Of a stretch of 64,000 bases of DNA, positions 10,751-20,491 are shown one piece after another. The DNA lies in assembly GCA_905236715.1 (NCBI GenBank), contig CAJOMQ010000004.1, forward strand, positions 5,939 to 69,938, in the 5' to 3' direction. The DNA comes from an uncultured Bacilli bacterium. Its GTDB lineage: Bacteria; Bacillota_I; Bacilli_A; RFN20; CAG-826. The stretch's first letter is position 1; every line of letters starts with the position of its first letter. Made by a program: the position numbers and the translations under genes. Under the pieces are notes generated by a model. The model searched no databases and was not told where the DNA came from. It worked only from the letters and a program-made list of their open reading frames with translations.

Positions 10751-11998
10751 TTATTGGTGTTTGATGTAAACTAATTCGCCATCTTTTAAGCGGCTTTCTT
10801 CCGCGGCAAAGGCCATGAGATGTGATTCCACTGATGCTTGTAAAGTGGTGCTGCCTGGTTGTACGGAAATTAAATTTTCATATAATTCCTTGATTAAACC
10901 AGCATCGCCTCCACCATGACCATCTTCTAAATCGGCTAAATTACCAATATCGATAATTTCCTTTGGTTTAGAAAATACCCCGATGGTGATTTGATTGCTC
11001 AATTCATCTAAATCAATTTGTCCATAAGTGCCATAGAATTTCAAGATTCTGCCACCACCTTTACAGTTGGCAAAAGCGGTCATTCTTAAATTCGCAGTGA
11101 CCCCATTTTCAAAGCGCATCATGGTGATTTCATTATCCACAACATCATTATCGCATTTGAATGCACATCTACCATAAGGACTGGTTTTTAGCGCTTCTAA
11201 TATTTTCTCTTTGGTGGTCTCTCTTTCATTGACCACGGTCATCTTCGCATTAAATCCTAATACGGTATATCCATAAACCGCAGAATATGGACAAGTATTG
11301 ACATATTTACAATCTAGACATCTATCCGCCGCCCCTTCTGGTTGATTTTCTTCTTTAAAGAATCTTAAATCACCAATCGAGGAAATAGATTTACATCTAC
11401 TACCAGAATACCAAGTTAATAAATCCATATCGTGACAGCATTTGGCTAAAATCATCGGAGAAGTTTCTTCTTTCTTTCGCCAACAACCTCTCACAAAGCT
11501 ATGGGATTGATGAAACCAACCGACATTTTCAATATCATCAATCATCACTAATTGACCGATGATACCACTATCGAGTAATTCTTTGACTTTCTTAAAGGGA
11601 GGGGCATATCTTAAGACATGGCAAACAAATATTTTGTGGCCATATTTCTTTTGTGCTTCCACTAAGTCTCGCACTTCATTTTCTAATCCCGAGATGGGTT
11701 TTTCACATAAAATGTCGTAGCCGAGTTTTAACGCTTTGATACAGTGACCGACATGGTCTCTATCTTGTGTGGAAACAATTAAAACATCGCTTCTTTTTTC
11801 TTTAAAGAAGTCTTCTTCGTTATCAAAACAAAGAGAGGGATCTAAATGAAAATCTCTTTGCACAAGATCAAGTCTTTCTTTATTGATATCACAGGCCGAG
11901 ACAATTTGATAACAATCAGGTAATTTGACCATCTCTTGGAGATATCCCACTCCACGATGGCCCAAGCCAATACAACTAACAGTAAATCTTTTTTTCAT
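10751..11998 (-). CDS. Gfo/Idh/MocA family oxidoreductase (long, Cys-rich form)
   Basis: N-terminal Rossmann motif VSCIGLGHRG plus EKPIS. Conserved blocks SPMILAKCCHDMDLLTWY, CLDCKYVNTCPY and GHGGGDAG. Paralogue of 20492..21739. Confidence 0.8.
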   Translation of the reverse strand: MKKRFTVSCIGLGHRGVGYLQEMVKLPDCYQIVSACDINKERLDLVQRDFHLDPSLCFDNEEDFFKEKRSDVLIVSTQDRDHVGHCIKALKLGYDILCEKPISGLENEVRDLVEAQKKYGHKIFVCHVLRYAPPFKKVKELLDSGIIGQLVMIDDIENVGWFHQSHSFVRGCWRKKEETSPMILAKCCHDMDLLTWYSGSRCKSISSIGDLRFFKEENQPEGAADRCLDCKYVNTCPYSAVYGYTVLGFNAKMTVVNERETTKEKILEALKTSPYGRCAFKCDNDVVDNEITMMRFENGVTANLRMTAFANCKGGGRILKFYGTYGQIDLDELSNQITIGVFSKPKEIIDIGNLADLEDGHGGGDAGLIKELYENLISVQPGSTTLQASVESHLMAFAAEESRLKDGELVYIKHQ

Positions 11999-12015
11999 TT
12001 TTATATCTCTATTTA

Positions 12016-13687
12016 TTAATCACTGAGAAGAATATTTCTAATCTTCGAAATATTTGTTGAACTCACTCCACAGACAGTGGTGAGATATTTTTCCACGGCT
12101 TTGGATAATTTATTAGAACTATCGCCATATTTTTCCATCATCGTGTTATATAACAAATCAAAGGCGACAAAATTAGCTGCGTCTTCTTGCATGATGCCAC
12201 TAGAAGTAAAAGCATAATCGCCATCAACATATTCAATTTCACTTCTCCATCTTTTATCGTAAAAAATGGAAGTTAATTCATAATCGCGGCAGATATCTTC
12301 ATAACCAACACCTAATAAACCTAAGATGAGGAAAGATAAAGTACCTGTACGATCCGCACCAGCGTTGCAGTGATAGGTAATTGGGTAATTAGATTCATTC
12401 GCTAAGAAATTGAAAAGGTTACCCATATTTTCATAGGCCCCATAATAACCATTTTTTCCTTCTGGAAGTACTTGTGTATATTGACCAATACCATATTTGA
12501 CAAAATTAATTCCGTCCACGGGATGTTGGCTGGTGGTATTGGTGTCTCTACGAAGATCTAGTTCCGTTTTCATTCCTAATTCTTTTAATCTGTAATCTAA
12601 TAAGGCCGAGGAACTCACTAACCAAGTTGCACTTCTATAGAGATATTCATAATTGACGGTTTTACCATCTTCTGTAGTATAACCACCGAGATCACGCATA
12701 TTGAGAATAGTATTATCGGTGTTAATGGCTCTTACACCTCCGGCAACAGTAAAGGAATCAGCTTTGCAGGTATAATTTTTACCGGCGAGGTGGTAATAAT
12801 AAGTTGTTCCGGGAACCAGATTACAAATATCCATAGATGTCACGTTTTTATTGTTAAACGGATAAGAAAGAACAATATTTTCAAAATTGGCATCTTTAGC
12901 AATTTCTAAAGTAAAGGGACCGGTGGCGTTATTAAAATTCCATGATAATTTAATCGGATTACTGCCATCAAAACGATAAGCAGTAGCGGTATATAAATAT
13001 CTTGCTGGATTATCGGTCTGTAAAAATTCACGAGCACGGGAATATAAAACATCAATTTCCGCACCATTATATTTATTGGTGAGACTTATTTCCGCACTGG
13101 CGGGAATAACGGGAACAGAATCAATGACTCTTTTATTTCCGTCAAATAATAAATCACAATATTCACAGGTATAATATTCTTCATAACCATCATCTTCATT
13201 AACAGGAGCCACTTTCTCGTGATAAATGTATTTGTGGTCGCCTAATGGACCATTTACATCCACGAAAGAATCTTCTTCAGTGGTGCCACTACTACTTTTA
13301 CCACAGATACAAGAAACATAATAAGAAGCATGGCTCACACAAGTGGCCGCTTCTTTTACGAATCTTTCTTCAGCGGCTTTTTCACTATATACATGTGGTT
13401 GACCTTCTCCATCCACATGACCGCATATTTCACAATATTTGACGTGATAATTGCGTTCAATGCGATAAGTATAGACATGATCACCAAGAGGTAATATCGA
13501 TTTCGTTTTTGTCTAAATCAAAATATTTGCCACATCCTTCACATTTGTAATAATCAGTGGAAGTGCCATGATATGTACAATTAGAAGGCGCTGCTTTCAC
13601 TAATGAATAGGTATGTCTATGACCACAGCCAAATAGAGGCAGTGTCATAACAGAAACCATAATGGCGATGGTTAATTTGTTTTTCAT
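12016..13687 (-). pseudogene. Lipoprotein with His/Cys repeat modules and a C-terminal protein-tyrosine phosphatase (CX5R) domain, split by a 1-nt frameshift (ORFs 13481..13687 and 12016..13416)
   Basis: The upstream ORF starts MKNKLTIAIMVSVMTLPLFGC (lipobox LFGC) and ends ...NEIDITSW*. The +1 frame reads (I)LPLGDHVYTYRIERNYHVKYCEICGHVDGEGQPHVY straight into the 466 aa ORF, whose listed M is a GVG-context GTG. The phosphatase signature is YHCNAGADRTGT. Confidence 0.7.
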
Positions 13688-13714
13688 AAAATAATTCTCC
13701 TTTATTTTTTTATG

Positions 13715-14806
13715 TTAAGTTAAGCTATAACTTAATTGTAAATCCTTTATACGCATAATTCTATTTAGAAACAATTTTATTGATGATAGATTATCGTAAA
13801 TATCATTCATCAATTTTATTTGTGTTCTAGTTCTTACTAAATTGTGTTCTGGATAAGCGGTATGGAAATAAACATCACCATCAAGATAGTCGGTGAGGAA
13901 TCGCACCACTAATTCGGCGGTTAATAAGAAGACAGAAAATGGTAATAATTCAATTTCTTTCTTACTTAAAACATCTTTCATTTCGCTTAGATATCCACGG
14001 GCATAAGCTTCAAAGACATCATAATTAACATGTACTTTTGTCAGGTCAGTGGTGTCTTCATATTGACCAGTAAATAAACTTCTTAAAGCATCACCAAAAT
14101 CATATAAATATGATCCTGGCATAATGGTGTCTAAATCAATAATAGCGCGCGCAGCGTTAGTCTTTTCATCAAATAAGATGTTGTTAATTTTCGGGTCGTT
14201 GTGAGTAACACCAAGAGGGATTTCGCCATTATTGATTGCATCAATTAAAAGAGAGTATAATTCCGCGTGTTTTTTCGCTTCTGCGATTTCATTTGGCACT
14301 TCTTTTACACGATGAGCGGCATCTAATTCAATTGATTTTAATAAAGCGTCATATCTAGCTTTCGTGTTATGGAAATTAGGAATGACTTCACAGAGTGTGT
14401 CCGCGGGAAATTCTTTTAAAGATTTATGTAATTTTCCGAAGGCTTTCGCAGTGTTATAAACCGCTTCTAAGTTGGTGACACCTTCATAGCAGATGACATT
14501 ATCGATGTATTTATAAATACGATAACAACCACTTTCATCACGATAGAAATATTGACCTTCTTTGGTTTTGATTAATTCTAATGTTTCTTCGTTTCGTGAC
14601 ATTAAAAAGCCTGTCACTTTTTGCATATTATCCATTAATCCATCGACATTTTTAAAAGCGACAGTATTAATTTTTTGTAAGACATATTTTTTCCCACTAA
14701 CGGTCGTTAATAAATATGTCACATTAATATGTCCATTTCCTAATGGAGCGGAATTTTCAATGGCTTCGTTAATTTCAAATTTTGATGCAACGTCATTAAT
14801 ATCCAT
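13715..14806 (-). CDS. N-acetylhexosamine 1-kinase (NahK)-like phosphotransferase (APH/choline-kinase fold)
   Basis: 363 aa. PLGNGHINVTYLLTT...KYVLQKINTVAFKNVDGLMDNMQKVTGFL and HNDPKINNILFD closely resemble the Bifidobacterium NahK/LnpB motifs as I recall them (GDGHINTTYLV, ILQ.MN, HNDTKLNN). Confidence 0.7.
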   Translation of the reverse strand: MDINDVASKFEINEAIENSAPLGNGHINVTYLLTTVSGKKYVLQKINTVAFKNVDGLMDNMQKVTGFLMSRNEETLELIKTKEGQYFYRDESGCYRIYKYIDNVICYEGVTNLEAVYNTAKAFGKLHKSLKEFPADTLCEVIPNFHNTKARYDALLKSIELDAAHRVKEVPNEIAEAKKHAELYSLLIDAINNGEIPLGVTHNDPKINNILFDEKTNAARAIIDLDTIMPGSYLYDFGDALRSLFTGQYEDTTDLTKVHVNYDVFEAYARGYLSEMKDVLSKKEIELLPFSVFLLTAELVVRFLTDYLDGDVYFHTAYPEHNLVRTRTQIKLMNDIYDNLSSIKLFLNRIMRIKDLQLSYSLT

Positions 14807-14817
14807 AAATTTATTTC

Positions 14818-15861
14818 CTATTTTCTATTTCTTTCAATCGCTTCAAATAAACCATTGATATAACTCGCCCCTAAAGCGCGGTCATATAATCCATATCCTG
14901 GTTTATTATCTTCTCCCCAAATGTTTCTCCCGTGGTCGGGTCTCACATATCCTTGGAAATCATTTTCCACTAAGACTTCAATGATTTTATATAAATCTAG
15001 GGAACCACATTTATCATTGTGGCCCGATTCCACAAAGGAATTAGAATCACCAACATATTTGATGTTTCTGGCGTGGAAGAAGTGAATTCTTTTTTGTTTG
15101 GCATATTTATCCACCATATGGATTAAATCATTATTTCTACCTGCACCTAGACTACCGGTACAAAATGTTAAACCATTTCTTGTAGAAGGAATTGCTTTAA
15201 ATAATTTATCGAAATCTTGTTCACTAGAAACAATTCTTGGTAAACCAAAGACATCCCAAGGTGGATCATCGGGGTGAATGGCCATATTGACATCATATTT
15301 TTCACAAACGGGAATAATCTTTTTCAAGAAATAAATTAAATTATCAAATAATTGTTCATGAGAAATATTTTGATATTCATTGAGTAATGATTGTAATTCA
15401 TCACTGCTATAAGATTCATCCCATCCGGGTAAATGTAAATTGTTAGGATCAAGGTTATCAAAATCTTCTTGGCTATAACTTAATGAATTACTGCCGTCAG
15501 CGTTAGTGTGGTGCATGTTAGTTCTCAGCCAATCAAAGACAGGCATGAAATTATAACAAACACATTTAACACCCACTTGAGCACAGTTAATGATATTTTG
15601 ACAATAATTATCGATTAAAACATCGCGGCTTGGTTTTCCTAATTTAATATCTTCATGGACTGGGATAGATTCAATAACTTCCATTTCTAAACCATTTTGA
15701 TGACATTGTGCTTTTAATTTTTCTAATGTCTCAATTGGCCAAATTTCCCCGACAGGCATGTCATAAACAGCGGTGACAACACCAGACATATTGGGGATTT
15801 GTTTAATATATGATAGAGGAATGGAATCTTTGGGACCAAACCAACGAAAAGTCATTTTCAT
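14818..15861 (-). CDS. uxuA: Mannonate dehydratase
   Basis: The N-terminus MKMTFRWFGPKDSIPLSYIKQIPNMSGVVTA is the characteristic UxuA start. 347 aa, inside a uxaC/kdgK/eda cluster. Confidence 0.9.
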   Translation of the reverse strand: MKMTFRWFGPKDSIPLSYIKQIPNMSGVVTAVYDMPVGEIWPIETLEKLKAQCHQNGLEMEVIESIPVHEDIKLGKPSRDVLIDNYCQNIINCAQVGVKCVCYNFMPVFDWLRTNMHHTNADGSNSLSYSQEDFDNLDPNNLHLPGWDESYSSDELQSLLNEYQNISHEQLFDNLIYFLKKIIPVCEKYDVNMAIHPDDPPWDVFGLPRIVSSEQDFDKLFKAIPSTRNGLTFCTGSLGAGRNNDLIHMVDKYAKQKRIHFFHARNIKYVGDSNSFVESGHNDKCGSLDLYKIIEVLVENDFQGYVRPDHGRNIWGEDNKPGYGLYDRALGASYINGLFEAIERNRK

Positions 15862-15863
15862 TT

Positions 15864-16700
15864 TTATACACCTGAATAAGAAGAGAAACCACCATCGATT
15901 GGTAAAATAACTCCCGTAATAAAGCTCGCCGCTTTTTCATCTAATAAAAATAAAGTAGCGCCCACTAATTCGTTGACTTCACCAAATCTTCCCATGGGAG
16001 TGGCATCTAAAATTTTATGGGTTCTCGCGGTCGGAGAGCCATCTTCATTCCAAAGTAATGTTTTATTTTGGGCGGTGGAGAAAAAGCCAGGAGCAATGGC
16101 GTTCACTCTAATTCCGACATGTGAGAAATGAACCGCTAACCATTTGGTAAAATTACTCACTGCGCTCTTTGCGCTACTATAGGCAGGAATTTTTGTTAAT
16201 GGTGTAAAAGCGTTCATACTGGAAATATTTAAAATGGAACATCCTTTTTTACCAATCATATCTTTAGCAAATTCTTGCGTTGGTAATAAAGTACCTAAAA
16301 TATTGAGGTCAAAGACAAAATTAAAACCTTCTTGGTCTAAATCAAAAAAGGTCTTCATTTCTTTGTTTAAATCATTTAATTCAAAATATTCATTATCCGT
16401 TGTGGCTTTGGGGTTATTTCCACCCGCCCCATTGATAAGGATATCGACTTTACCAAAATCTTGAAGAATTTGTTCGTGTACTTCAGAAAGACATTTTTTA
16501 TCTAAAACGTTGCATTTATAGGCTTTGGCGTGTTTAAGGGAATCCGCTAATTTATTAGCGTTTTCATATCCTAAATCTAAAATAGCGATTTTGGCATCGC
16601 AAGCATCTAATGCACGACATAATTCTGAACAAATGACTCCACTGCCACCGGTCACGACGACAAGTTTTTCTTTTAAGTCGATTTTAAAAGGTAATTCCAT
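15864..16700 (-). CDS. SDR-family oxidoreductase, probable fructuronate/mannonate reductase
   Basis: Motifs TGGSGVICS (TGxxxGxG), NGAGG and a YSSAK catalytic Y-x3-K. The likely start is the ATG at 16698-16700, preceded by an AAGGAAA RBS (the track start at 16736 is probably too long). It directly precedes uxuA. Confidence 0.75.
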   Translation of the reverse strand: MELPFKIDLKEKLVVVTGGSGVICSELCRALDACDAKIAILDLGYENANKLADSLKHAKAYKCNVLDKKCLSEVHEQILQDFGKVDILINGAGGNNPKATTDNEYFELNDLNKEMKTFFDLDQEGFNFVFDLNILGTLLPTQEFAKDMIGKKGCSILNISSMNAFTPLTKIPAYSSAKSAVSNFTKWLAVHFSHVGIRVNAIAPGFFSTAQNKTLLWNEDGSPTARTHKILDATPMGRFGEVNELVGATLFLLDEKAASFITGVILPIDGGFSSYSGV

Positions 16701-16802
16701 AATTAATGTTTCCTTTTCTTTTTTTAAATATAACACAATCTATCTAAGGGAAATGGGATAGGGATTAAAATACAAAATAATAGTGATTTATGATAATAAA
16801 AT

Positions 16803-17825
16803 TTATCGAGATACCCTACCAGAAGCATCTCCATTCATGAGATTTAATACTTCTTGTTCACTTACTTCATTAAAATCACCAGGGATAGTATGTTTCAATG
16901 CACTCGCAGCCACGGCAAATTCTAATGACTTTTGTAAATCATTGAAATTTAATAAACCATGTAATAATCCCACGGAGAAACTATCTCCCGCACCGACACG
17001 ATCAACGATGGGGTTGATATCATATCTTTTGGATTCATAAAATTTCTTACCATCATATAACATGGCTTTCCAACCATTATGTGAAGCGGAATATGATTCT
17101 CTTAATGTGGACGCGACAATCTTAAATCCAAAATCTTTCGCTAATCTTGCAAAAATATCTTTATATCCATCAAATTCGGTCTTTCCACTATTGATATCGG
17201 CATTTGGTTTATAGCCTAAACAAGCTTCGGCATCTTCTTCGTTACCAATACAAATATCAACGTATTTCATTAATGGTTTCATAACACTTTGGGCTTTTTC
17301 TTTGGACCACAATTTCTTACGGTAATTCAAATCACAAGACACTAAAACACCAAGTTTCTTGGCCGCTTTGCAGGCTTCTAAAACAATTTGCGCACAGTTA
17401 TCACTTAAAGCGGGAGTAATACCAGAGAAGTGAAATACATCAGCGTCCTTCAAAATCTCTTCAAAATCAAAATCAGAAGGATCCGCTAAAGAAATCGCAC
17501 TATTCGCACGGTCATAAATAACTTTACTAGGACGCATTGAGGAACCAGTTTCTAAATAATAGATACCAAGACGATCACCATCTTTTTTTACATATTTCAC
17601 ATTGACGTTCTCCGCTCTTAAAGCGCGTAACGCGGATTCACCAATATCATTATTCGGTACTTTAGAAACAAAATAAGCATCATGTCCATAATGGGCTAAA
17701 GAGACCGCGACATTGGCTTCTCCACCACCATAACAAACATCAAAATTTTTCGCTTGTGTGAATCTTGCGTTACCGCTTGTCGATAAGCGCAACATGATTT
17801 CACCAAGAGTGACAACTTTTCCCAT
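16803..17825 (-). CDS. kdgK: 2-dehydro-3-deoxygluconokinase (PfkB family)
   Basis: MGKVVTLGEIMLRLSTSGNARFTQAKNFDVCYGGGEANVAVSLAHYG is typical of KdgK, and a C-terminal VDRVGAGDSF motif is present. The start at 17825 sits 4 nt after the eda stop. Confidence 0.85.
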   Translation of the reverse strand: MGKVVTLGEIMLRLSTSGNARFTQAKNFDVCYGGGEANVAVSLAHYGHDAYFVSKVPNNDIGESALRALRAENVNVKYVKKDGDRLGIYYLETGSSMRPSKVIYDRANSAISLADPSDFDFEEILKDADVFHFSGITPALSDNCAQIVLEACKAAKKLGVLVSCDLNYRKKLWSKEKAQSVMKPLMKYVDICIGNEEDAEACLGYKPNADINSGKTEFDGYKDIFARLAKDFGFKIVASTLRESYSASHNGWKAMLYDGKKFYESKRYDINPIVDRVGAGDSFSVGLLHGLLNFNDLQKSLEFAVAASALKHTIPGDFNEVSEQEVLNLMNGDASGRVSR

Positions 17826-17829
17826 AAAA

Positions 17830-18429
17830 TTATTTTTCTCCTCTAGCAATTTTATTTGCTTCGATACAATTTGAAACAATATCGCCTTTAACTAGCCAAC
17901 TGCCACCAATGGCAAATATATAATCTTCTTTAATGAATTCACCTAAATTAGCGTTATCCACACCACCTGTGGGCATAAATTTCACTTGTGGGAAAGCACT
18001 GGAGAGGGCTTTAATGGCTTTTAATCCCCCAAAGACACCCGCCGGGAAGAACTTAAGATATGTTAATCCTAAGTTAATCGCATCCATAATTTCCGTGGGA
18101 GTGACAACTCCTGGTATATAAGGAATGTTTTTCTTTTTGCATAAAAGAGCGACTTCTTTATTTAATCCCGGTGACACAATAAATTTGGCACCAGCATTAA
18201 TCGCGGTTTTGGCTTGTTGTTTATTGATAATGGTGCCCGCACCAATAAGCATATTGGGATATTCTTTGATAGCGGTTTGTAAACATTGACTGGCCACCTC
18301 TGTACGGAAGCAAATTTCCGCGACATGCACACCGCCTTTGTTTAAAGCGTCAAGCGTGGGCTTCACTTCTTCAATCTTTTTAAATACCACCACGGGGACT
18401 AATTTATTTGCAAGTATCTCTTTATACAC
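17830..18429 (-). CDS. eda: KDPG / 4-hydroxy-2-oxoglutarate aldolase
   Basis: LVPVVVFKKIEEVKPTLDALNKGGVHVAEICFRT, GAGTI, AGAKFIVSPG and KFFPA match Eda. GTG start with an AAAGGAG RBS 10 nt upstream. Confidence 0.85.
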   Translation of the reverse strand: MYKEILANKLVPVVVFKKIEEVKPTLDALNKGGVHVAEICFRTEVASQCLQTAIKEYPNMLIGAGTIINKQQAKTAINAGAKFIVSPGLNKEVALLCKKKNIPYIPGVVTPTEIMDAINLGLTYLKFFPAGVFGGLKAIKALSSAFPQVKFMPTGGVDNANLGEFIKEDYIFAIGGSWLVKGDIVSNCIEANKIARGEK

Positions 18430-18515
18430 AGGAAGTTAACTCCTTTCATTGATTCATTAAAAATCTCGTTATTTTTATATTTCTTATAAACGAATACATT
18501 TGGTATGATTTTAAT

Positions 18516-19007
18516 ATGTCTTATTTATTAAATAATTTCAACGGAAAGATAGCAAATCCCAAGACAATAGTAAAAATAGAAAAGAAAGAGGAAAAAATTA
18601 TATTTAATTTTGCGGCTTTTGATTCTTGTTTATATTCCTATTCCAAGAAAAACAACACTAACTTGTGGAAGGCTTGTGTTTGTGAAGTGTTCCTTGATCT
18701 TGGGGATGATTTTTATTATGAATTTGAAGTCGCACCGAATGGAAAAACATTCATCGCCATAATCAAAAATAAAAAAGTAACCTTTATCAAACAAAATTTC
18801 TTTTCTTCTAAAGTCACAATTGATGGTGATAAATATGAGGTCACCATGGAAATTGATTTAGCGAAATTAAATAATCCCAAAATTATCAAATATAACTGTT
18901 TCCGCATTGAAACGAGGCCCAATGAAAAAGAGCAGATTTTGTCCGCTCTTAATCCCACTTTATGTGATACCTTCCACGTGAGGGAAAAATTTATAACTTT
19001 AGATTGA
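18516..19007 (+). CDS. Small hypothetical protein, possibly CBM9/DOMON-like carbohydrate-binding fold
   Basis: 163 aa. CEVFLDLGDDFYYEFEVAPNGKTF resembles the CBM9-like pattern (EvFld....YyEfevnp.G). It is the only plus-strand gene in the uronate cluster, and its 3' end overlaps uxaC convergently. Confidence 0.4.
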   Translation: MSYLLNNFNGKIANPKTIVKIEKKEEKIIFNFAAFDSCLYSYSKKNNTNLWKACVCEVFLDLGDDFYYEFEVAPNGKTFIAIIKNKKVTFIKQNFFSSKVTIDGDKYEVTMEIDLAKLNNPKIIKYNCFRIETRPNEKEQILSALNPTLCDTFHVREKFITLD

Positions 19008-20376
19008 AATAATTAACTGCGTTATCAAAGCTAATATCTTTAATAACTTTACCAATATGTTCTAAATTGTTTTCAATTTGGTGTTTTTCCACTAATTCAC
19101 CAAAATAATTGCATAATATTCTTCTAAAATATTGATGTCTGGAATAAGATAAGAAACTTCTTGAATCAGTTAACATACCAATAAATGTGGCAATGTGACC
19201 AGTGGCGGCGAGATTTCGCATTTGGGCATTGATGCCATCATAATTATCTAAATACCACCAGGCGGCACCATGTTGAATTTTGCCTTTTTGCGTTTCATCT
19301 TCAAAGCAACCAATTAAGGTGGTAATTTCGGCGTTCATTTTTGGATTTAAATTGAAGATAATCATCTTTGGTAAATGACCTTCACTATTTAATCTGTCCA
19401 TCAATTTAGATAATAAATGGATGCAATCATGATCACTCGCGATGGAATCAAAACCACTATCGGGGCCTAATTGTTTAAACATTTTTGTGTTGTTATTTCT
19501 TTTCGCACCGATATGTAATTCACTGGTGATGCCATATTTGCTATATAGACCGAAAAGGAAATAGGTGAAATATCCTTTATAAATACGAGCTTCTTTTTCG
19601 TTAATTGGTTCACCATTTAATCTTTTTTCAAACACTAATTTGGCATCGTAATAAGAAGGAACTTCATAAATAGACTCTAAAGCCATATCACTAGCTAAAC
19701 AGCCCACTTTAATGAAGTTTTGTAGTCTATTTTCTACTTCTTTTAATAATTCTTCAAAGTTCTTAATATCACCTAATTGATGGATGCTATCTAAATAATT
19801 ATTCGCATCGATATTTAAAATCTTATCCGCACGGAAAGCGGGTAATACTTTAAATGAAAAGTTCTTCTTTTTGATTTGGTTAAATATTTCTAAATCATCG
19901 CTAATTTCGTTAGTGGTAAAAATAGCTTTGACATTACTTATTTCAATGAGGTATTGCGGATTAATATGATGTGATTTGATATAGTCATTACAATAATCCC
20001 AAATCTTATCAGCGTTTTCTTCATTGATTTGTAAATCGCAGTGGAAATATTGTTTTAATTCTAATTGGCTCCAATGATAAAGGGGGTTACCAAATGCGGT
20101 TGATAAAACCTTACAATAGGTGACAAATTTTTCTTTATCAGAAGCGTTTCCCGTTATTAAATCTTCCTTCACACCATAATGACGCATTAATCTCCACTTG
20201 TAGTGGTCACCTTTGAGCCAAATTTCATAGATGTTACTAAATTCTTTGTTTTCGTAAATTTGATATTCAGATAAGTGACAATGGTAATCAAAAATGGGAC
20301 AATCTTTCGCGTATTTTTCATATAATTGCACCGCTACTTTGTTATCCAATAAGAAATCATTTTCAATATAACTCAT
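18991..20376 (-). CDS. uxaC: Glucuronate isomerase
   Basis: DFLLDNKVAVQLYEKYAKDCPIFDYHCHL and LKGDHYKWRLMRHYGV are UxaC hallmarks. 461 aa. Confidence 0.9.
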   Translation of the reverse strand: MSYIENDFLLDNKVAVQLYEKYAKDCPIFDYHCHLSEYQIYENKEFSNIYEIWLKGDHYKWRLMRHYGVKEDLITGNASDKEKFVTYCKVLSTAFGNPLYHWSQLELKQYFHCDLQINEENADKIWDYCNDYIKSHHINPQYLIEISNVKAIFTTNEISDDLEIFNQIKKKNFSFKVLPAFRADKILNIDANNYLDSIHQLGDIKNFEELLKEVENRLQNFIKVGCLASDMALESIYEVPSYYDAKLVFEKRLNGEPINEKEARIYKGYFTYFLFGLYSKYGITSELHIGAKRNNNTKMFKQLGPDSGFDSIASDHDCIHLLSKLMDRLNSEGHLPKMIIFNLNPKMNAEITTLIGCFEDETQKGKIQHGAAWWYLDNYDGINAQMRNLAATGHIATFIGMLTDSRSFLSYSRHQYFRRILCNYFGELVEKHQIENNLEHIGKVIKDISFDNAVNYFNLKL

Positions 20377-20491
20377 AATTAATCGCTTCTTTAAAATTAT
20401 AAAACTGCTACCTTAATTTATCACTTCTAAATTTCAGTTTATTTTTAATAATTGTTTTTAATATATTTTTCGTTATTCATGCACAAGATAT

